Source: Candidatus Bathyarchaeota archaeon (GTDB lineage: Archaea; Thermoproteota; Bathyarchaeia; Bathyarchaeales; Bathycorpusculaceae). From it: a stretch of DNA of 64,000 bases. Both the position numbers and the translations under genes were made by a program. Positions 58,133 through 64,000 of the stretch are shown here, piece by piece; positions within the stretch are counted from its first letter, which is position 1; the number at the start of each line of letters is the position of its first letter. The stretch is taken from positions 1-64,000 of the forward strand of contig JAOULW010000005.1 of the NCBI GenBank assembly GCA_029881805.1, in the 5' to 3' direction. Below the pieces are notes generated by a model. That model saw nothing but the letters and a program-made list of their open reading frames with translations. It made no database searches and was not told the DNA's origin.

Positions 58133-59026
58133 ATGAAACACGAGAAAACTCGATTTTTGCATAGTAGACGTTTTTGCTGAAGAAAAGTACGCAGGTAACC
58201 AACTCGCAGTCATTAGAAATGCGAATGTACTCTCTGATGTTGAGATGCAAAAAATTGCCAGAGAAATGCATTTCTCAGAAACCACATTCATTCTCTCAGA
58301 CGAAGAACGTAACGGTGGATACGATGTTAAGATATTTTCACCGGAAAGAGAATTACCTTTTGCTGGCCACCCAACGCTTGGAACTGCCTACATAATACAA
58401 AGAGAGATTATCAAGAAGCCCAGTGAAAATGTAGTCTTGAACCTGAAAGTTGGACAAATTCCCGTCACGTTCAGCTTCGCAGGAGATGTCCAGACATGTT
58501 GTACATGAAACAGATACCACCAACCTTTGGTCAAACCTTCGATGCTAAAGCGCTTTCAGAAACTCTAAACGTTGATGTTGAAGATGTGGACATGAGATTT
58601 TTGATTCAAGAGGTTTCGACCGGGATCCCTTTTATAATAGTTCCTTTGAAAAATTTAGATGCCTTAAAGCGGGCTAAACTAGACAAGGATAAGTACTTCC
58701 GATTAATCGGAAAAACACAGGCCAAGTCGATACTCATATTCTGCCCAGAAACACGCAACGAGAAAAATCATCTGAGCGTAAGGGTTTTTGCCGAGTACCT
58801 AGGCGTACCCGAGGATCCTGCAACAGGAAGCGCAAACGGTTGCTTAGCAGGATATTTGGTTAAGTACCGCTATTTTGGAAAAGAGAAAATCGATATTCGG
58901 GTTGAACAAGGTTATGAAATAGGGAGACCCTCACTGCTTCTATTAAAAGCAGAAGACAAGAAAGAAAAGATTGATGTCTTTGTTGGCGGAAAAGTTGTAA
59001 TGATTGCCGAAGGAAAACTTGTTTAA
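58133..59026 (+). pseudogene. PhzF-family isomerase-like gene with two frameshifts
   Basis: ATG 58133 reads MKHEK, then loses frame in an A4 run (58145-58148). The +2 frame continues the PhzF N-terminus (KLDFCIVDVFAEEKYAGNQLAVI...). A second shift near 58490-58510 separates ..FSFAGDV from LYMKQIPPTFGQ... Confidence 0.7.
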
Positions 59027-59035
59027 GTATCATAG

Positions 59036-60109
59036 TTACTGTTTGGTTTCCAGAGTATAAAATCCAGCTGTGAATTTTTCTGCCTTTCTTTTCTGCACTA
59101 GAACTGTGTCTTCTATGCGGAAGCCACCGAAGCCTACGATGTATATGCCGGGCTCGTTTGTAACAACATTTCCTACTACTAGGCGATCTTTGCTTTCCTG
59201 TCCTAACATGGGGGGTTCGTGGACTTCTAAGCCTACGCCATGACCTAAGCTGTGAACGAAATATTTGCCATATCCTGCATCAGTTATAGATTTTCTGGCT
59301 GCTGCGTCTATGTCTTTTCCTTTTGCTTTGGGTTTTATGGCCTGGAAGGCTCTTTCTTGAGCAGTCTTAACAATTTCGTATGGTTTCTCTTGCTTTTTTG
59401 AGGGTTTTCCAGCTACGAATGTTCTTGTCATGTCTGAACGATAAAACTTGTATGTAGCCCCTATGTCAACAACTACCAAGTCGTCTTTTCGGATTTCTCG
59501 GTCTGTGCAGCCACCGTGAGGTAATGCGGAACGAACACCAGAAGCCACTATGGTTTCGAAGGCTGTTCCCCAACAACCTTTTCTGCGCATTGCGTATTCG
59601 ATTTCCGCAGCGACTTCATACTCTTTTGTGCCTGGCTTTATCACTTCATAAGCAGTTTTCATGCCTTCGCATGTTAACTTACCTGCTTTTCTCATAAGTT
59701 CAAGCTCTTTTTCATCTTTTACTTTGCGGAGTTCCCAGACAAGATTGTTTTGCGCTTTCAGCCTTGTCTTTCCCTTCAATTCTCTTGCAAGCTTGCGATA
59801 ACTTTCGAAGTTCAGCGTGTCTACGGCTAGTTTCTTGATTTTCGAAGCCTTAGCGTCTTTGGCAATTTTCGTCATCAGGCTTTCGCCGCGCTTCACTAAC
59901 TCGACTTTGAACCCTTTTCCTTCGGCTTTCGCCTGTTCATAGTTAACATTATAAACGTAAATTGTGCTTTCACCTTTTTTGGGGATTACTATGCATGTTG
60001 CTCCTGGAAACCCTGCGAAATATAGCATGTTAGCTTCGTTGGTGATTAAAAATCCATCAAAACTTTTCTTTTCAAAAGCCGTCTGTTTTAAAGCTTCTAC
60101 CCTCTTCAT
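59036..60109 (-). CDS. M24 family Xaa-Pro aminopeptidase/dipeptidase
   Basis: Pita-bread fold motifs HSLGHGVGLEVHEPP and metal ligands D/D/H/E/E. Confidence 0.85.
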   Translation of the reverse strand: MKRVEALKQTAFEKKSFDGFLITNEANMLYFAGFPGATCIVIPKKGESTIYVYNVNYEQAKAEGKGFKVELVKRGESLMTKIAKDAKASKIKKLAVDTLNFESYRKLARELKGKTRLKAQNNLVWELRKVKDEKELELMRKAGKLTCEGMKTAYEVIKPGTKEYEVAAEIEYAMRRKGCWGTAFETIVASGVRSALPHGGCTDREIRKDDLVVVDIGATYKFYRSDMTRTFVAGKPSKKQEKPYEIVKTAQERAFQAIKPKAKGKDIDAAARKSITDAGYGKYFVHSLGHGVGLEVHEPPMLGQESKDRLVVGNVVTNEPGIYIVGFGGFRIEDTVLVQKRKAEKFTAGFYTLETKQ

Positions 60110-60165
60110 TCTTTCTCACCTAGAAATAAGCCTTTTAGGTGCTTCTTAGCCTAAAACGTTTTGCT

Positions 60166-60468
60166 TCAGCCGCCGCTCACAATGGGTAGTATTGTTACGT
60201 GGTCTCCGTTTCTAAGTTTAGTTTGAACTCCGTCTAACTGGTTCAGCAGGAAACCATTCACCGTGATTATATAGTTTGATTTCACATCAGCGCCACTTTT
60301 CTCGTAAATAGCTTTCCTGAAAGGATCTCCATATTTTTCAGAAAGAGTCATAAGCAAATTGGCGATTGAGGAATTCTCTCCGATATCAACTTCTTCTTCT
60401 CGCATACTGCCAATAATATTCTTTACATGGCCGATGTATTCGATAGTCACTTTCAATTTCGAACCCAA
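60166..60468 (-). CDS. MoaD/ThiS-family ubiquitin-like small protein (SAMP-like)
   Basis: 100 aa ending ...ILPIVSGG (C-terminal Gly-Gly). Confidence 0.6.
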   Translation of the reverse strand: MGSKLKVTIEYIGHVKNIIGSMREEEVDIGENSSIANLLMTLSEKYGDPFRKAIYEKSGADVKSNYIITVNGFLLNQLDGVQTKLRNGDHVTILPIVSGG

Positions 60469-60566
60469 AGCTTCAATAATATTGTAGAATAGGGGCGTTA
60501 ATATCTGTTTTCAGTTCAATATTGAATCGCTTAAAGTTTAAAAGTAGACAAGCTTAGCGTACTATT

Positions 60567-61181
60567 ATGAAGCCTAGAGCAAAACTTTTGGCGATAGTTG
60601 GGTCGCAAAGAGTGGATGGAAACTCGTATTTTCTGGCTAAAACAGTTCTTGAGTCCGCAAAAGCGGATTATGAAATAATTCAACTGGCAGACAAAAAGAT
60701 TGAATTCTGTAATATTTGCGAAAAATGTATAAACAGCGATTGTGTTCTCGAAGATTATTTCAATAATATTTTCGAAAAAATAAAAGGTGCAGATGGGATA
60801 GTTTTTGTTCTTCCTAAGTATATTTTCGTGGCTTCAAAGTTCGTTTGCTTTTTGGAAAGACTGGCCACGATTAATCATATGCGAAAACATGCAGGCTACG
60901 AGATAACTTTTAAGAATCCAGAGTACAGACTTTTTTCAGGGAAAAAACTCTCTTGCATTTTTGTCGCGTCAGGCACGGGAAAAGTGGAAAAAGAAACTTT
61001 AAGGATTGTTGCTGAGTACATTGAAGACCTTGGATTGAGACTAGTTCGTCACGATCAGCAGCCTTTCTTGGGAGTCAGTGTCAAAGCTGGCGATGCAAAG
61101 GGAGAAATTCTTGAAAATAAAAAAGGCATAGAGAATTGCAAAAAATTAGCCGAAAAACTCATTGATTCAATTACAAAATAG
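60567..61181 (+). CDS. iron-sulfur flavoprotein (Isf)-like NADPH-dependent FMN reductase
   Basis: Flavodoxin-like fold with compact CNICEKCINSDC (Cx2Cx2Cx5C) motif typical of Isf. Confidence 0.6.
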   Translation: MKPRAKLLAIVGSQRVDGNSYFLAKTVLESAKADYEIIQLADKKIEFCNICEKCINSDCVLEDYFNNIFEKIKGADGIVFVLPKYIFVASKFVCFLERLATINHMRKHAGYEITFKNPEYRLFSGKKLSCIFVASGTGKVEKETLRIVAEYIEDLGLRLVRHDQQPFLGVSVKAGDAKGEILENKKGIENCKKLAEKLIDSITK

Positions 61182-61260
61182 CATTTCAGCGCCTGCCCAT
61201 TCACTTTGTCTATTTCTAATGTTGCCTTAGTGTTTCTTATGCTGATAATTCTTTTATGTC

Positions 61261-61268
61261 CCTATAAA
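61261..61268 (+). promoter_or_regulatory. TATA box (CCTATAAA) for a leaderless methylmalonyl-CoA mutase transcript
   Basis: Lies about 27 bp upstream of ATG 61296. Confidence 0.4.
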
Positions 61269-61295
61269 CAGTCTACTCTAAAGGTGCTTCAAGCA

Positions 61296-62975
61296 ATGTT
61301 TGACAAGCACAGAGTAAAAGAAATTGATGAACGAAGAAAAGAGTGGGAAGACGAAACCGTTTCTAGAAGTTTAGAGAAACTTCCGGAGAAATGTGAATTC
61401 TCAACAAGTTCAGGTATTTCAGTCAGCCGAGTTTACACTCCTGTAGAAACCGCTGATTTCGATTACTTCCGAGATTTAGGATTTCCCGGAGAGTATCCGT
61501 TCACGCGCGGCGTTTATCCAACAATGTATCGCGCACGATTTTGGACCATGCGCCAATATGCGGGCTTTGGAACGGCTGAACAGACAAACCAGCGCTTCAG
61601 ATACCTGCTAGAACAGGGTCAAAAAGGATTGAGCGTGGCTTTTGACTTTCCAACTCAGGTGGGTTATGACTGCGACCATCCTATGGCGCGCGGCGAGGTT
61701 GGTAAAGCAGGGGTAAGCGTAAGCACATTGCAGGACATGGAAATTGTTTTTGACAAAATCCCACTAGACAAGATCACAACTTCCATGACAATTAACGCGC
61801 CCACAAATGTCTTGCTTGCTATGTACGTGGCGGTCGCGCAAAAACAAGGCGTTGAGCAAACCAAGCTCGGCGGAACAGTGCAGAATGATATCTTGAAAGA
61901 GTACGTTGCCAGAGGCATGTACATTTTCCCGCCAAAGCCTTCAATGCGACTCGTCACAGACATCTTCGAATATTGTTCGCAACAAATGCCTAATTGGAAC
62001 ACCATAAGCATAAGCGGCTACCACATCCGCGAAGCCGGTGCCACGGCCGTACAGGAATTAGCCTTTACACTTGCTAACGCAATTGCCTACGTACAAGCAG
62101 CCGTCGACCATGGCCTAGATTTAGACATGTTTGCTGGCAGATTGTCATTCTTCTTTGCGGCGCACAACAATTTTCTAGAAGAAATAGCAAAATTCCGTGC
62201 AGCCCGCAGGCTTTGGGCGCGAATTATGCGAGAGCGGTTTGGAGCCAAAAACCCAGCCTCTTGGATGCTACGTTTTCACACGCAAACTTCGGGCGTTTCG
62301 CTTACGGCACAGCAGCCCTACAACAACATTATCAGAGTAGCCCTTCAGGCTTTATCGGCAGTTTTGGGCGGCACCCAATCGCTACATACAAACTCGTTTG
62401 ACGAAGCTTACGCATTACCGAGCGATCATGCAGTGCTTGTTGCCTTGAGGACTCAACAAATAATTGCGTACGAAAGCGGAGTTATTGACTCTGTTGACCC
62501 ACTTGCGGGTTCATATTATATTGAGTACCTCACAAACGAGATTGAGGAAAGGGCTACAAAGTACATTGGGCAGATTGACGCCATGGGTGGAGCTGTTGCA
62601 GCCATCGAGAAGGGCTTCATGCAGCGGGAAATTACAGAAAGCGCTTATCGACATCAGAGGGAAGTTGAAAGCAAAAAGCGAATAGTTGTGGGAGTCAACG
62701 AATTCATAACCGAAGACGAAATTCCAATAAAAATTCTGCATATTGACCCAAAAATTGAGAAAGCACTTGTTGAGCGCCTGCAGCAAACAAGAAGACAGAG
62801 AAATAAGACTAAAGTGGATGAAACCTTAAACAAGCTGCAACATGCTGCAGAAAGTGAAGACAAGAATCTTATGCCATTCATGCTTGATGCGGTGAAGCAC
62901 TACGCAACTTTAGGCGAAATTTGTGATGTTTTGCGTGAGGTTTTCGGCGAGTATAAGCCTTCTTCCATCTTCTAG
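61296..62975 (+). CDS. mcmA: methylmalonyl-CoA mutase, large (catalytic N-terminal) subunit
   Basis: Start at [17 protein letters not shown]; conserved MCM substrate-binding barrel motifs throughout. The track's upstream extension is a hydrophobic artefact. Confidence 0.9.
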   Translation: MFDKHRVKEIDERRKEWEDETVSRSLEKLPEKCEFSTSSGISVSRVYTPVETADFDYFRDLGFPGEYPFTRGVYPTMYRARFWTMRQYAGFGTAEQTNQRFRYLLEQGQKGLSVAFDFPTQVGYDCDHPMARGEVGKAGVSVSTLQDMEIVFDKIPLDKITTSMTINAPTNVLLAMYVAVAQKQGVEQTKLGGTVQNDILKEYVARGMYIFPPKPSMRLVTDIFEYCSQQMPNWNTISISGYHIREAGATAVQELAFTLANAIAYVQAAVDHGLDLDMFAGRLSFFFAAHNNFLEEIAKFRAARRLWARIMRERFGAKNPASWMLRFHTQTSGVSLTAQQPYNNIIRVALQALSAVLGGTQSLHTNSFDEAYALPSDHAVLVALRTQQIIAYESGVIDSVDPLAGSYYIEYLTNEIEERATKYIGQIDAMGGAVAAIEKGFMQREITESAYRHQREVESKKRIVVGVNEFITEDEIPIKILHIDPKIEKALVERLQQTRRQRNKTKVDETLNKLQHAAESEDKNLMPFMLDAVKHYATLGEICDVLREVFGEYKPSSIF

Positions 62976-63526
62976 CCTAGAACAAATAGAACTTCGCCTT
63001 CGCTCACTGACGATCCATCGGAAACATTTACTTCTCGAACAGTTCCTGCCTGTGGCGCCGTTATCTCGTTTTCCATTTTCATTGCTTCGATGATGCATAG
63101 CACTTCGCCGGTTTTCACCTGGTCTCCTTTTTTAACTTTGACTGATATGATTCTGCCCGTCATCGGTGCGGTGACCGCGCCTTCAATGATCTGTTTCTGT
63201 GTGACTGTTCTCTTCGTAGGTGTTAATGGTGTAGGTGTGAAAGTTGTTAATGTTGTCTTTGTTACAGGCGTTTTTACTTCAGCTTTGAATGTGGTTTCCT
63301 CAACTTTTATAGGAAATGGCTTTTCGCGGTCAACTTTGAATAATTCTATTTTGTATGTTTTCTCGCCCATTTTTATGGAAAACTGTTTTTCAAAGTCGAT
63401 TTTCTCCTTGGACAATTCCACGTCCAAGGGCGCCTCATCAATTTTCACCACAAACGTTTTCTCGCCTTTTTTTGTCAATTCGATTTTTCTGGGTTTGCCA
63501 TCAATGAAAATCTGGTAAGTTGGCAT
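62972..63526 (-). CDS. biotin carboxyl carrier protein (biotinyl domain; transcarboxylase 1.3S / decarboxylase gamma-like)
   Basis: C-terminal biotinyl domain with EAMKMEN biotinylation motif and TPTP-rich linker. Confidence 0.8.
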   Translation of the reverse strand: MPTYQIFIDGKPRKIELTKKGEKTFVVKIDEAPLDVELSKEKIDFEKQFSIKMGEKTYKIELFKVDREKPFPIKVEETTFKAEVKTPVTKTTLTTFTPTPLTPTKRTVTQKQIIEGAVTAPMTGRIISVKVKKGDQVKTGEVLCIIEAMKMENEITAPQAGTVREVNVSDGSSVSEGEVLFVLG

Positions 63527-63528
63527 TA

Positions 63529-64000
63529 TTATGCACCATATTCGCTTAGGTTTTGTCTACCCGTTAGCACCCAGTTTGACGTGGCAGCCTTCGCCTTGAC
63601 TGGTATCAATGCCTTTACTCCCCGCGAACCTAGGTACATAGCGACTGCGACTGAAACCGCTGCAGCTTTTTCAAGCTCCGTGACTCTTTCAGGCGATATT
63701 CCGCTCTTGGCTTCTTCTCGTTTAGCTTTCCTTTTCTTGAAGAATTCTGTGGCAGTCTGCGGAAAAAGTGCGTATGTCAGTTTGTCTTCTTCGCTTTCGA
63801 TGTATGGTTTTACGTTTTCAGGTATCTTGTTGAGGGCGGGTTCCAGAAGGTCTGCTGGGCGGGTTGTTATTGGTTTTTCGTCGCCTATTATTTGTTTTTT
63901 GACTTTTGGATCAATTGGGGCTGGGGGCTTTCCATAGAAGCCTTTGACGTAATCCTTTATCTCTTTTGGCACAATGCTGTAACGTTTGCCAGAAATAACG
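63529..64000 (-). CDS. biotin-dependent carboxyltransferase (PycB / OadA / transcarboxylase 5S-like), C-terminal part; gene continues past the window end
   Basis: Conserved-carboxylase-domain sequence ..YGKPPAPIDPKVKKQIIGDEKPITTRPADLLEPALNKI...YALFPQTATEFF. Stop 2 nt before the BCCP start. Confidence 0.7.
   Translation of the reverse strand, partial: VISGKRYSIVPKEIKDYVKGFYGKPPAPIDPKVKKQIIGDEKPITTRPADLLEPALNKIPENVKPYIESEEDKLTYALFPQTATEFFKKRKAKREEAKSGISPERVTELEKAAAVSVAVAMYLGSRGVKALIPVKAKAATSNWVLTGRQNLSEYGA

Noticed and set aside
1-64000. CRISPR arrays, rRNA genes, transposase or IS elements
   Set aside because: No regularly spaced direct repeats, no rRNA-like conserved stretches and no transposase-like ORFs were found on either strand.

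Overview
AT-rich archaeal chromosomal window of about 60 coding sequences with low coding-strand bias. Archaeal markers: group II chaperonin/thermosome, split methylmalonyl-CoA mutase, tungsten-type aldehyde:ferredoxin oxidoreductase, ThyX, PurP, CTP-dependent riboflavin kinase, a class-III-signal-peptide pilin, intron-containing tRNAs, TATA-box promoters. Lineage cannot be resolved from sequence alone; the multi-intron tRNAs and roadblock/LC7 proteins suggest a TACK/Bathyarchaeia- or Asgard-like archaeon. Most of the window is housekeeping or metabolism: purE-purC/purP; AOR with polyferredoxin; kynureninase with an ornithine cyclodeaminase-family enzyme; ADP-forming acyl-CoA synthetase; methylmalonyl-CoA mutase beside a biotin carboxyltransferase and biotin carrier; several methyltransferases, GNATs and transporters. 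Accessory or unusual content: (1) a 2.3-kb degenerate integrated element inserted into tRNA-Glu, flanked by exact 23-bp direct repeats of the tRNA 5' end, carrying a ZIP metal transporter and two decayed tyrosine-integrase copies. (2) A four-gene pilin plus roadblock/LC7 operon. (3) A secreted-protein cluster: beta-helix protein, M14 peptidase, anchored surface protein. (4) A B12-binding radical-SAM enzyme translationally coupled to membrane proteins. (5) An unusually high number of disrupted genes: in-frame TAA/TAG stops in a GNAT, a CARDB-like remnant and the integrase; two frameshifts in a PhzF gene; a kynureninase without a canonical start. (6) A 70-bp GC-rich, palindrome-dense patch in an AT-rich accessory islet. 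No CRISPR array or rRNA seen.
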